Below are positions 46,622 through 59,368 of a DNA stretch of 64,000 nt, piece after piece. A program made the position numbers and the translations under genes. The notes under the pieces were generated by a model that worked only from the letters and a program-made list of their open reading frames with translations, was not told the DNA's origin and ran no database searches. The DNA comes from Macrostomum lignano (taxonomy: Eukaryota). Position 1 is the first letter of the stretch, and each line of letters begins with the position of its first letter. The stretch spans positions 1 to 64,000 of the forward strand of contig NIVC01002564.1 of assembly GCA_002269645.1 (NCBI GenBank). The letters are read 5' to 3'.

Positions 46622-48200
46622 CCCTTTTACCTGAAGCTGTAACCCCTTTACCTGAAGCTGTAAACCCTTTACCTGAAGCTGTAACCCCTTTACCTGAAGC
46701 TGTAACCCCTTTACCTGAAGCTGTAAACCCTTTACCTGAAGCTGTATACCTGAAGCTGTAAACCCTTTACCTGAAGCTGTATACCTGAAGCTGTAAACCC
46801 TTTACCTGAAGCTGTAAACCCTTTACCCGAAGCTGTAAACCCTTTACCTGAAGCTGTAAACCCTTTACCTGAAGCTGTAAACCCTTTACCTGAAGCTGTA
46901 AACCCTTTACCCGAAGCTGTATACCTGAAGCTGTAAACCCTTTACCTGAAGCTGTAAACCCTTTACCCGAAGCTGTATACCTGAAGCTGTAAACCCTTTA
47001 CCTGAAGCTGTAAACCCTTTACCCGAAGCTGTAAACCCTTTACCTGAAGCTGTAAACCCTTTACCTGAAGCTGTAAACCCTTTACCTGAAGCTGTAAACC
47101 CTTTACCCAAAGCTGTAAACCCTTTACCTGAAGCTGTAAACCCTTTACCTGAAGCTGTATACCTGAAGCTGTAAACCCTTTACCTGAAGCTGTATACCTG
47201 AAGCTGTAAACCCTTTACCTGAAGCTGTAAACCCTTTACCCGAAGCTGTAAACCCTTTACCTGAAGCTGTAAACCCTTTACCTGAAGCTGTAAACCCTTT
47301 ACCTGAAGCTGTAAACCCTTTACCCGAAGCTGTATACCTGAAGCTGTAAACCCTTTACCTGAAGCTGTAAACCCTTTACCCGAAGCTGTATACCTGAAGC
47401 TGTAAACCCTTTACCTGAAGCTGTAAACCCTTTACCCGAAGCTGTAAACCCTTTACCTGAAGCTGTAAACCCTTTACCTGAAGCTGTAAACCCTTTACCT
47501 GAAGCTGTAAACCCTTTACCCGAAGCTGTAAACCCTTTACCTGAAGCTGTAAACCCTTTACCTGAAGCTGTAAACCCTTTTACCTGAAGCTGTAACCCCT
47601 TTACCTGAAGCTGTAAACCCTTTACCTGAAGCTGTAACCCCCTTTACCTGAAGCTTTAACCCCTTTACCTGAAGCTGTAACCCCTTTACCTGAAGCTGTA
47701 AACCCTTTACCTGAAGCTGTATACCTGAAGCTGTAAACCCTTTACCTGAAGCTGTAAATCCTTTACCCGAAGCTGTATCTCCCTTTACCTGAAGCTGTAA
47801 ACCCTTTACCTGAAGCTGTATACCTGAAGCTGTAAACCCTTTACCTGAAGCTGTATCCACTTTACCTGAAGCTGTAACCCCTTTACCTGAAGCTGTATCC
47901 CCTTTACCTGAAGCTGTATCCCCTTTACCTGAAGCAGTATCCCCTTTACCTGAAGCTGTATCCCCTTTACCTGAAGCTGTATCCACTTTACCTGAAGCTG
48001 TATCCCCTTTACCTGAAGCTGTATCTCCCTTTACCTGAAGCTGTAACCCCCTTTACCTGAAGCTGTAAACCCCTTTACCTGAAGCTGTAACCCCCTTTAC
48101 CTGAAGCTGTAAACCCCTTTACCTGAAGCTGTAACCCCCTTTACCTGAAGCTGTAAACCCCTTTACCTGAAGCTGTAACCCCCTTTACCTGAAGCTGTAT
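46622..48200 (-). repeat. 21-bp minisatellite (TTTACCTGAAGCTGTAAACCC)n with a 14-bp variant, filling the TMEM187 intron
   Basis: About 75 units with higher-order structure. Confidence 0.97.
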
Positions 48201-48313
48201 CCCAGGTAACACAGGTAAAATGGGAAAGAAGTGAAAGAAGAGTCAATTTGAGGCGCTTTATTGTCTGCGACTCTGGGGGACACAGATCAACAATAGTGAA
48301 TGCCTTCACTCAC

Positions 48314-48671
48314 CAGTTAGAAACAGCCGCTTCACCCTAAGCAACCAATAGATACCGCAGAAGCTGTAACCAAAGTTCACCGCAGTATTCAGAGGCATCG
48401 GCAGCCAGGTTGGCAGCCAGGCTAAACTATGCCGCTCAGCGTACCGACTCAAATCTGTGTCTGTCTGCACAACATCGAATATGCCGCACTGGCTCATGCA
48501 CAGTATGAATACAAGGCCGCACGTCACGTGACCAAAGGCGGCATTGAACAGACTAATGTACTCTCCAGCTAGTAGGTTTCTATTGGCTGCTAGATTACTG
48601 TTGTTGTTAGCATTCGAACTGCTGCTAGGCGCTCTGTCAGACGTTGGAGACGATGGCCCGTGTCTGCGCAT
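48314..48671 (-). CDS. TMEM187: TMEM187 exon 1
   Basis: GIFDVV...RYAERHSLAWLPTWLPMPLNTAVNFGY matches human GIFDSV...HYAEAPVAGLPAFLAMPFNSLVNMAY; donor G|GTGAGT. Confidence 0.92.
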
Positions 48672-48837
48672 TTCAGTTTCCTTGCAATGAATGTTTCACT
48701 GGCTGAAAATGATTGTTTTCCGCGCGGGTTATTAGAAATTTTGATGATATGCCAAACTTTTGAAATTTGCGACAAACTTAAGGAGTTGCAAAATACATTC
48801 GAATAGTTGATGATCTGTGATTATGATTTTATTATTA

Positions 48838-49250
48838 ATCCACCTGAGGATTGAGGGATTAACGATTATCATCGGTAATGATATTCCACCTGAGGATTGA
48901 GGGATTAACGATTATCATCGGTAATGATACTCCACCTGAGGATTGAGGGATTAACGATTATCATCGGTAATGATATTCCACCTGAGGATTGAGGGATTAA
49001 CGATTATCATCGGTAATGATATTCCACCTGAAGATTGAGGGATTAACGATTATCATTGGTAATGATATTCCACCTGAGGATTGAGGGATTAACGATTATC
49101 ATCGGTAATGATATTACACCTGAGGATTAAGAGATTAGGGATTAACATCCGTCATGATAACCCACCTGAGACTTAAGTGTATGAGGATTATCATCTGTAT
49201 TGATATTTCATCCGAGGATTAAGAGATTAAATATTAACATCTGTGATTAT
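48838..49250 (+). repeat. 46-bp minisatellite (CCACCTGAGGATTGAGGGATTAACGATTATCATCGGTAATGATATT), ~6 copies plus degenerate ones
   Basis: Direct inspection. Confidence 0.93.
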
Positions 49251-49614
49251 ATATCACTTAAGAAATAATGGATTTATAAATAGTATCAACAACCTAAACC
49301 ACCATGATTACCAACTTATGTGATGATTCAATGAGTTTTTTCTAACTGACACTGTTTTGAAAGCAACAACAACAAAAATTCTACTGTAATAAATACATGT
49401 AGCAAGCAAACAGAAAATAACTCAACCAATATATCAAGATATATTTGAAATTAAAATTAAAATCAGCAAATTGATGCACCACCAAATATTTCTCGTATTT
49501 TGCAGAAAATTTGGTAAAATCAAACAAAAAATACATCAACTTATCATTGACTATTAAATTTACTGATATGCATTTATTTATTTGTAATCTTTATAATACC
49601 TACAAATTCTACTA

Positions 49615-50425
49615 AGGTGATCACGTGACCTAATACTGTACTTTTAACTTGGAGAATAATAAATAGTTTTATTTTCCTAAGTACGAGTGTACATTGAATT
49701 TTTTAGTATTAACAGCCTAAAATTATCGAAAAGTACGCCAAGAGATCACGTGACTGTTTTTATTGACCAGACAAGAATAAAATATTTTGAAAGTTCAGAC
49801 GGGTAAAAAGTACACCTACCAGATCACGTGACCTAGTTTTTGTCCAGCCGAGAATATAATAGTCACAACGTTCAGACGAATTAAAAGTGCACTTTAGATC
49901 AAGTTACCCAGTTTTTATTATTTAGCTACAAATAAAATCTAAGAAAGTTCAGACAACCTAAAAGTACACCATTCAATTATAAATGGGTCACGTGACCAAG
50001 TTTTATTGTCCAGCTCAGAATCAAATCTTTTAGAAAGTTCAGACGGCCTGAAAGTACACCGAGAGCTCACGTGACCTACTTTTTGTTCAGCTAAGAATCA
50101 AGTTCAGACAGCATGAAAGTACATCGAGAGCTCATGTGACCTACTTTTTATTGTTCAGCTAAGAATCTATTCCAGACGGACTAAAAGTACACCGAGAGCT
50201 CACGTGATCTACTTTTTATTGTTTAGCTAAGAATCAAGTTCAGACAGCATGAAAGTACATCGAGAGCTCATGTGACCTACTTTTTATTGTTCAGCTAAGA
50301 ATCAAGTCCAGACGGACTAAAAGTACATCGAGAGCTCACGTGATCTACTTTTTATTGTTTAGCTAAGAATCAAGTTCAGACGGCCTAAAAGTACACCGTT
50401 AGAGCACGTGACCCAGTTTTCATCA
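49615..50425. repeat. Degenerate ~65-80-bp repeat, most units carrying AAGTACACC...CACGTGAC (E-box)
   Basis: CACGTG at 49622, 49747, 49825, 49989, 50068, 50201, 50337 and 50405, plus CATGTG variants. Confidence 0.88.
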
Positions 50426-50437
50426 AATAGCTACAAA

Positions 50438-50965
50438 TTACCTAGAAGTCAAATTGCCAAAGTACACCGGAATCACGTGACCCAGTCCTTTATCTTCTAG
50501 AAACCGAATCACCAGACCCCAGTCTTGCAGCACCTCGCGGCCTCTCCCTGGTCTGGCATTGAACGACAGCTCGCGAAAGTCGTCAAATTTTTTAAACTGC
50601 CGCCGGACAGCTTCAGTAGCATCTGGCGGACAAACATCTTTCTCCTTCATAGTGAGTTTCTTCCAATTCAATCGACGCAATCGTTGCCAGAATTCTTCAA
50701 CCGCGGATTCGGGTCCTTCAACGCAGACAATGCCGGGTTTGCCAACTATTGAGAAGCCGGTTAAACGCAGTTCAGCGCTCCAGTTGAGAATGTCGCGCCG
50801 TTTCAAACTGTTGTAGATGTGATGACTGTGAATCCACAGGCGGCAGAGACGCTGGTCAGTTGTTGCTTCCGTTTCTGCTGCTCCTGCTTCCGTTGCTGTG
50901 GAAGCTGAAGCATCTTCGTCAGTAGGAATGTTGGTTGAAACGAACTCCGTTAGCCAGCTAAGCAT
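50438..50965 (-). CDS. RWDD2: RWDD2 exon 2 (DUF1115 region)
   Basis: RLWIHSHHIYNSLKRRDILNWSAELRLTGFSIVGKPGIVCVEG is the RWDD2A/B signature; acceptor ATTCAG|. Confidence 0.93.
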   Translation of the reverse strand: MLSWLTEFVSTNIPTDEDASASTATEAGAAETEATTDQRLCRLWIHSHHIYNSLKRRDILNWSAELRLTGFSIVGKPGIVCVEGPESAVEEFWQRLRRLNWKKLTMKEKDVCPPDATEAVRRQFKKFDDFRELSFNARPGRGREVLQDWGLVIRFLEDKGLGHVIPVYFGNLTSR

Positions 50966-51176
50966 CTGAATTGTGGTTTTGAAATTTTTAATATATCTAC
51001 CGATATGTTGCGTAAATAATAACTTTAGACACACCGAAAACTAAAATAACTGTAACATACCGATATGTAGCGTATAATAGTATTCTATTCGATACTTAAA
51101 AAACTAAATTAATCACAAATCCACCGATACGTAACGAAAATAACTAAAACTATAGAAAAAGTGATTACAGCTATAC

Positions 51177-51593
51177 CTGATAAAGCACCGGTTCGCCCGG
51201 TTTAAACATCTCTTCAAGCTGATTGGCCAATGCTTCGCTAGCCAATCGGAGCCGATCGCGGCTCAGCCAATCAGATCGCAGGAACAGTCCGGGCGGTTTC
51301 TCAGTAGGATATGCGCCCGACAACCGGCAAATGCACTCTAGAACTACCAGATTGGAAGTTCCAATAATTCGAAAAGTGAATCCGATCCGGAACTGACACT
51401 CAGACATCGCGTCGACGTCAACTTCGCTAACTAATCGTCGCAGTTCGTCGACAGCGACAAAATCTTCGATTTTCAGTTCGGCCTCGTCCGGATACATGCT
51501 GAGTAGGAGGTCCAGCTCGGCCAGCTGTTCTCCGATGCACCGCAGAAGCAGCTGGTTGTGATCCTTCTTGATGCCATCGCTGCTAATTGACAT
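51177..51593 (-). CDS. RWDD2: RWDD2 exon 1 (RWD domain)
   Basis: EQLAELDLLLSMYPDEAEL...YPTEKPP RWD motif; donor CAG|GTATAG. Spliced product is 314 aa. Confidence 0.9.
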
Positions 51594-51635
51594 TTGGCTG
51601 ACATGAGAAGTTAAAGATCTGTTACTGACAAACAA

Positions 51636-51687
51636 ACTGACTAACTGACTTACTGACTAACTGACTGACTGACTGACTAACTGACTG

Positions 51688-51738
<51 letters not shown>

Positions 51739-51857
51739 GACTAACTAACTAACTAACTGACTAACTAACTAAATAACTAACTAACTAACTAACTAACTGA
51801 CTAACTAACTAACTAACTAAATAACTAACTAACTAACTAACTAACTAAATAACTAAA

Positions 51858-51910
<53 letters not shown>

Positions 51911-51956
51911 CACTAATTAACTAACTAACTAACTAACTAATTAACTAACTAACTAG

Positions 51957-51992
<36 letters not shown>

Positions 51993-52172
51993 TTAACTAA
52001 CTAACTAACTTACCAAATAACTAACTAATTAACTAACTAACTAACTAACTAATTAACTAACTAACTAACTTACCAAATAACTAACTAATTAACTAACTAA
52101 CTAACTAACTAATTAACTAACTAACTAACTTACCAAATAACTGACTAATTAACTAACTAACTAACTAACTAA
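51636..52172 (+). repeat. (CTAA)n microsatellite
   Basis: Direct inspection; abuts the acceptor upstream of RWDD2. Confidence 0.96.
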
Positions 52173-53195
52173 CATTTCTACATCAAACCTACCTAATTCG
52201 GGATTCGGTTTTATTAGTGTTTGTAATTAAGTAAAGTTATTTTTTGCATTTCATGAATAGAAGCATGAACGCCACTGCAAAGATGTACCAAATTATCGGT
52301 AAAACTAATAAAAACTCACGAGCTAACAGAATGCAAGTTAAAAAAGTAATTTAATTAACAGCAAAATAACAAACAATCAGACACTTTCACAATATTTTTT
52401 GGATGTTTGACTTGTATTTTTCATTAATAGAAATAATAACACAAGAAATTGATAGGGTTTATATACTCAACTAAATTATATAGAAAATGTCAGTAGTATA
52501 TAGCGCATATTATAACAATGTGAAGAAGAGCTGTGTTTAAAATTTTCCATGCATAAAAATGATATCATTGACTAGACGGAGCTAAATTCTAGCTAATAAC
52601 ATAATATTGACAGATTCTTTTTTCCTACTCATAGTAATATAATGCAGAACATACATGATACAAGCTACTTTGAAGACAGTAAGAACTTAACAATAGGAAC
52701 AACTGTAAACTACTTATATGAGTAGCGTGTAAAAGCAGTATCTAGATGATTATATAGATTATAAATCAGTTAGAAACTCAAAAAGAAATGAGAAATTATG
52801 TGCAGCAAAACAAAACCTTAATCCAGCAACACGGTTATGATAAATTTGTGTTAATAGGGAAAGTTAAAATTTAATAAATTTATGAAGAGAAAACTGTCGT
52901 TTAATATATAACTTTTTCTAACGGCATTTAAAAGTGGGTGCAAATTATTGATAAAGTTTTTACCTACTACAAGTAGTGCATAAAGCGTAGATGTACATGT
53001 GTATTAACTGGTGTATTTTTAATTTATCGATAATCGTCATATTTTATCACTGATATTAGTAGTAGAGATAGCATACTTTAATCATTAGTTTGTTAAAACC
53101 AAATTTCGTCTGACCAATCGATCGGATTCAATATTAGTGCGAAGCGGTGACTTTTTTTGCCCCGACAGGGTAGCATTTCGTGCCTGATTAACGGC

Positions 53196-53855
53196 CATAG
53201 ACACGGGTCTATGATATTTGACAGTCAGTGACATTTGACGGTTAGTGACATTTGACTGTCAGTCACATTTGACTGCCAGTGACACTTGACTGTCGGTGAC
53301 ATTTGACTGCAAGTGACATTTGATTCTCAGTGACAATTGATTGTCGGTGACATTTGACTGCAAGTGACATTTGATTCTAAGTGACAATTGATTGTCGGTG
53401 ACATTTGATTCTCAGTGACAATTGATTGTCAGTGACATTTGACTCTCAGTGATATTTGATTGTCAGTGACATTTGACTCTCAGTGACATTTGAGTCTCAG
53501 TGACATTTGACTCTCAGTGACATTTGACTGCCAGTGACATTTGACTCTCAGTGACATTTGACTCTCAGTGACATTTGACTAGTCAGTGACATTTGACTCT
53601 CAGTGACATTTGACTGCCAGTGACATTTGACTCTCAGTGACATTTGACTCTCAGTGACATTTGACTAGTCAGTGACATTTGACTAGTCAGTGACATTTGA
53701 CTCTCAGTGACATTTGACTAGTCAGTGACATTTGACTCTCAGTGACATTTGACTCTCAGTGACATTTGACTGCCAGTGACATTTGACTCTCAGTGACAGT
53801 TGACTGTCAGTGACATTTGTCCACAGATACTATATACTGTTATATAGTATCTGTG
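53196..53855. mobile_element. Helentron/DINE-1-like non-autonomous element: hairpin, (GACATTTGACTCTCAGT)n array, hairpin
   Basis: CATAGAC-acgg-GTCTATG (53196-53213), a ~17-bp array (53214-53820), and a perfect 15-bp stem CACAGATACTATATA-ctgt-TATATAGTATCTGTG (53822-53855). Family assignment is inference. Confidence 0.5.
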
Positions 53856-54208
53856 CATTTGCCTGTCAGCAACAGCAACTGCCAATTTGAGTTGTTAATC
53901 TAGCCCAAACCTTAAACCTAACTCTAGCTTAGAGCTTTGCCCTTGTTATTCCTGGCAGTGCTGCGACCTTGGTACAAATTTCTATGGTATAAAATGCCTA
54001 TTGCTCTGCGTTGGGCGTCATCTGATAACTCCATTAAAGCAGTCTTATTGCATGAATATACTTTAAGTACTATATAATGGTGATATTTTCTCCAGGAGCT
54101 AGAAAAGGCTGTCTCACTTTTCTCTTTCATCCAACAAAACACTTTACTACTCAAAGTAGTAGTAGTAGTAGTAGTAGTAGTAATATATAAAACTTCGGTG
54201 ACTTATTG

Positions 54209-55072
54209 TCAGTTATCAGTAGCATCAAGACTGTACGGCCTTCTCTGTCGCGTCTCAGATGATTCGGTTGGCTGAGCATCAGCATCAGCCGGAGCATCAG
54301 CATTATCATCAGCAGCATTCTGAGCAGCCTGTTTCTGCTGCAAGTTCTGCATAGCGCCAAGAATGCTAGTCATCTGTCGCTCCGTTTCCTCAAGTCGGCT
54401 TCGCAACTGCACTAATTCATTCTCCGAGATGTCCTGATCGTCAACGCGACGGAGCAGCTTCTCCAGATCTCTGTGCATCCGTTCGTACCGATTCTGCTCA
54501 ACGAAATCTCCATCATCTCCATCATCATCACGACGGCATCTGACGCCGCCACCAGCCGACCGTGTGGAATTATGATTATCAACAAATTCTCCGCTCAACG
54601 GATCGAAATGAAAGTTGCGATAATAATCGTTAATAGCCTCGCCGGAATTGCCGCGTCGAGCGCTAGAGTTTCTACTATTAGTAGCATTGCTATTGGATTT
54701 GAAGCCGCCCATCACTTTGACCAGGGTGTACACCAGATACAGCACAATGCCTATAGCGTACACCGGCAGAATCAGGCCAACCACGTTGCCTCTGCCGCCG
54801 AAGCCACTCTGCTGTCTGGCTTGCACAGATGCCGCGTGCTCGGCCGCCATCCGAGGACCCGGGCCGCCGCCTGGGCCGCCCGGCATCGGGCGCCGAAGTT
54901 TCGGGTGGACCCCGTCAGGCCAGTCGCCGCCGCCGCTACCAGAGGATTGCGACTGTCGTAAACCAAGACCGGCCATGATCATGGGGTGAAATATTTTCGG
55001 GTAAAGTACAGCAAAACAGCAGACCATGATGCCAAGAACTAAGTAGGTCTTTGTTTGCACCGATAGTTCCAT
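54209..55072 (-). CDS. RIC3: RIC-3 nicotinic acetylcholine receptor chaperone, intronless CDS, 287 aa
   Basis: N-terminal hydrophobic segment with FAVLYPKIFHPMI; TM GRGNVVGLILPVYAIGIVLYLVYTLVK; coiled coil ENELVQLRSRLEETERQMTSIL. All are RIC-3 hallmarks. Confidence 0.92.
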   Translation of the reverse strand: MELSVQTKTYLVLGIMVCCFAVLYPKIFHPMIMAGLGLRQSQSSGSGGGDWPDGVHPKLRRPMPGGPGGGPGPRMAAEHAASVQARQQSGFGGRGNVVGLILPVYAIGIVLYLVYTLVKVMGGFKSNSNATNSRNSSARRGNSGEAINDYYRNFHFDPLSGEFVDNHNSTRSAGGGVRCRRDDDGDDGDFVEQNRYERMHRDLEKLLRRVDDQDISENELVQLRSRLEETERQMTSILGAMQNLQQKQAAQNAADDNADAPADADAQPTESSETRQRRPYSLDATDN

Positions 55073-55275
55073 TGCGGCAGAGTAGTATTGACTGAAAATA
55101 AATTAACACAAAATTATTTTGGTTTTACCATACTTCGTTAATAACAAGCAGTTTTTTTTTTCAAAAAATGCATAAGGCAGAAAGGAATTTTCCAGCTATT
55201 ATTACCTTACTTTTGAAGATTGCAATGAAGAAATAAAGCAAGTATGTTTTGATGATGCTGTAAATCTTTTAAATG

Positions 55276-56338
<1,063 letters not shown>

Positions 56339-57094
56339 CACCAAAATCTAAAAACCTCAGCATGACGCTTTAGTTTTTGAATTATCATAACAGACAAATT
56401 ATTACGAGCGTATGTTTAAAAGAAAAATTTATGAATATCTATGATATTGAAGATTATTCTAAACTTTAAAATTATCCAAAAATGAAAAGAATTAATGCAA
56501 AAAGTTGTATGTTTATAAGCTGTAAAATGATAATAGATGGACAATATTTATAATGCATGATAACCTGCGGATAAAGAAGCAAATGTAAAGCATTTGAAAA
56601 GTACAATACGCACTTGAAAAATTCAAATGTCATAAAAATGTCTATTAAAATTGTGAATAACGCTGATAAATATAATTAATACTGGCACGCGCTAATCAAG
56701 CTAATAATACTTTGAGATGGCAGGTAATAAAACAATAAAATAGTGACCACTGCTCAGCTGAAAAAACACGTTTATAGGCCAGACCTACTTTAAGTAATAT
56801 ATTATATAACATTAAGACAGAAAAAAACGTTGAAATAAACTTCTAGTGAAATTCGATAAAAGAAGAGATTAAATAGCAACAAAATTAACAGTGCTATCGC
56901 GGTAAAGTCATTAATATAAATAGACATATTTATTAAATGCGAGTGCTATAAGACTGAAGCTTAACAACTGCTAAAACAGGGCAAAGCAATATTAGGAAGT
57001 TTTTGAAAAAAAAGCCTCTATAAAAACAGCAATGAATAAAATAAACGCTAGCTGCAATAAGCATGAAAAATATTACAGAAAATTATGCATTATC

Positions 57095-57310
57095 AGCCAA
57101 GAGACAAAACAGACACAGTCAAGAGACAAAACAGACACAGTCAAGAGACAAAACAGACACAGTCAAGAGACAAAACAGACACAGTCAAGAGACAAAACAG
57201 ACACAGCCAAGAGACAAAACAGACACAGTCAAGAGACAAAACAGACACAGTCAAGAGACAAAACAGACAGTCAAGAGACAAAACAGACACAGTCAAGAGA
57301 CAGCCAGAAA
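57095..57310 (+). repeat. 22-bp minisatellite (AAGAGACAAAACAGACACAGTC)n
   Basis: About 9 units. Confidence 0.93.
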
Positions 57311-57619
57311 CAGCCAGGGACAAACACATAAATTCAGCCCAAATACCACCAAACCGACAGACACAAAAATACAATGAAATTAGACACAATGCTCAACAAA
57401 ACGCGAAAAAAAGTGTTACGAAAAAACAAACGCCCAGCTGCCCAGCAAAACAAAGAGAAACGCGTGGAGAAGAACAGAAATAATAAAAAGCCTGGCTTTT
57501 ACGAGAAAGCAATTAAGAAATTATAGTTAATTTTTTAAAAGTTTCTTCTCTCTATCTCTCTCACTCTGCTCAAAGTGCGCCAGGATGCACACAGTCCGCC
57601 GACTCTAACTCCAAGAGGC

Positions 57620-57968
57620 AGACATACTGACATGAAGACAGACAGACACTAAGACAGACAGACAGACAGACACTAAGACAGACACTAAGACCGACAGACA
57701 GACAGACAGACAGACAGACACTAAGACAGACAGACACTAAGACAGACAGACACTAAGACAGACAGACACTAAGACAGACAGACACTAAGACAGACAGACA
57801 CTAAGACAGACACTAAGACAGACAGACAGACAGACATACAGACACTAAGACAGACAGACAGACAGACAGACATACAGACACTAAGACAGACAGACAGACG
57901 GACACTAAGGCAGACAGACAGACAGACACTAAGGCAGACAGACAGACAGACACTTAGACAGACAGACA
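57620..57968 (+). repeat. (GACA)n interrupted by CTAA, (GACAGACACTAA)n
   Basis: Direct inspection; begins right after the stop of the tetraspan gene. Confidence 0.93.
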
Positions 57969-57977
57969 ACAATCGAA

Positions 57978-58532
57978 TCACACGCGATCCGGGCCAGCTT
58001 CTATCTCCCTAGCCATGTCGCGAAAACTCTGATTAGACTGCTCATAGTAGGGCGATAGGCGACTGTCCCGACTGGCACTGCGAGCGACTCCCATCGCCAG
58101 AGCTGTCTCAGCCCCGTCTTCAGCCGGTTCCATGTCAGCCTTGCCAATCGGGTGCAGTTCCCGACAGCAGAACTGGCGACAGCCAAGAGTCAGATGGCCA
58201 ATGCTAGCCAGTGTCTCAACAGCTAACAGTGCGGCTTCAATAGCGTGCATAGTGACAGAGAAATTATCATTCGAATCCTGCAGCGATTGACTGGCCGTAA
58301 CGCTAGACGATTTAGTACTGATAACATTGGCATGGCCTTGCAGACTGTTAGAGACAACCGAGATGCCAATAATTGAACAGCATAGAGCGGCAGCGGCGGC
58401 TACAACGCTGAGTATGCCGAGACGGCGCAGCGATTTTGGCGGAGTAAAATAAACCGCTAGCGACAGTAGGCCAGTTAGGATGAAGACTGGCGATAGGAAT
58501 ATTACTAATTGATGCAACTGGCGAGATGGTAC
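57978..58532 (-). CDS. MS4A/CD20-like four-TM protein, exon 2
   Basis: Acceptor CGCGCAG|, phase 0; three hydrophobic helices, a CRQFCC motif after TM4, and a cytoplasmic tail. Family call rests on topology only. Confidence 0.7.
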   Translation of the reverse strand, partial: VPSRQLHQLVIFLSPVFILTGLLSLAVYFTPPKSLRRLGILSVVAAAAALCCSIIGISVVSNSLQGHANVISTKSSSVTASQSLQDSNDNFSVTMHAIEAALLAVETLASIGHLTLGCRQFCCRELHPIGKADMEPAEDGAETALAMGVARSASRDSRLSPYYEQSNQSFRDMAREIEAGPDRV

Positions 58533-58766
58533 CTGCGCGTGTTCATTGTTGCAATGTTGATGGCTTATTTAATGGAGATTAGCGCTCGTACTTAGCTGTC
58601 TACTTAAAAGTCTAATTAGAAGCCTTCTTAGCTGTCTAATTAGCTGTTTACTGAAATGTTTACTTGTATGCCTATTTGGGTGTCACTTAGACATCAATAC
58701 GCAGCTCGCCAGTAACCCATTCAAATAACTAAAGCGAACATGCGCTAAAAATAACAGCTTCATCAC

Positions 58767-58925
58767 CTGCTCAGGCCCAGACAGCTTAGCAAAGATGGCG
58801 ATCTCGCAGGCGCCAAGCAACAATCCGCAGACCAAATGAGCGGAGCCAAAATTTCTTAGCGGCCGTTTCAACTGACCCAAAGCTCGCTGCCTTCGGTCGC
58901 GAGCGGCGGCAAGATGCTCGTCCAT
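58767..58925 (-). CDS. MS4A/CD20-like four-TM protein, exon 1
   Basis: LRNFGSAHLVCGLLLGACEI resembles the MS4A TM1 (LG..QI..G); donor CAG|GTGATG, phase 0. Spliced product is 237 aa. Confidence 0.65.
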
Positions 58926-59368
58926 TGTTTTTGTTATTCAATCTTTAGAAAGTCAATATTTTGATTAATTTTTAGTTTTAGTTTGCTAGCTGAAATTTTC
59001 AAAACAAAGCTGTGATTGAATTTGCCCAAAAGAATACCCACTTATGTTGTACCCAGAGTATATCGAAGGTAGTATAGAGTGACAATAAGACACTTCATCC
59101 AGTTCCTTCGGGCGACAAGACCAGCCACTGTCTTCCCCACGGAAGATCACGCTGCAGGACGGACCACCCTGACCGGCCGCACGCCTCTGCCTGTCTGCGG
59201 GCCTTCAGGGCTAGCGAAATGAGCGACCCTCGCCTCCCGCTGTGTCTACGGACCACCCTGCACAAATCAAGTAAGACAAAAAAGCCGAATAGCGTCCGAC
59301 TCCTGCGCTACGATCACTGGTTTAATTCGGTGCGCGGCCGAAATATAAAAAACTCGAAAACCCCGAAT

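Noticed and set aside
54473-54989. Plus-strand ORFs opposite RIC-3, and similar antisense ORFs opposite sif, RWDD2 and Kazal exons
   Set aside because: Shadow ORFs of GC-rich coding sequence on the other strand or frame.
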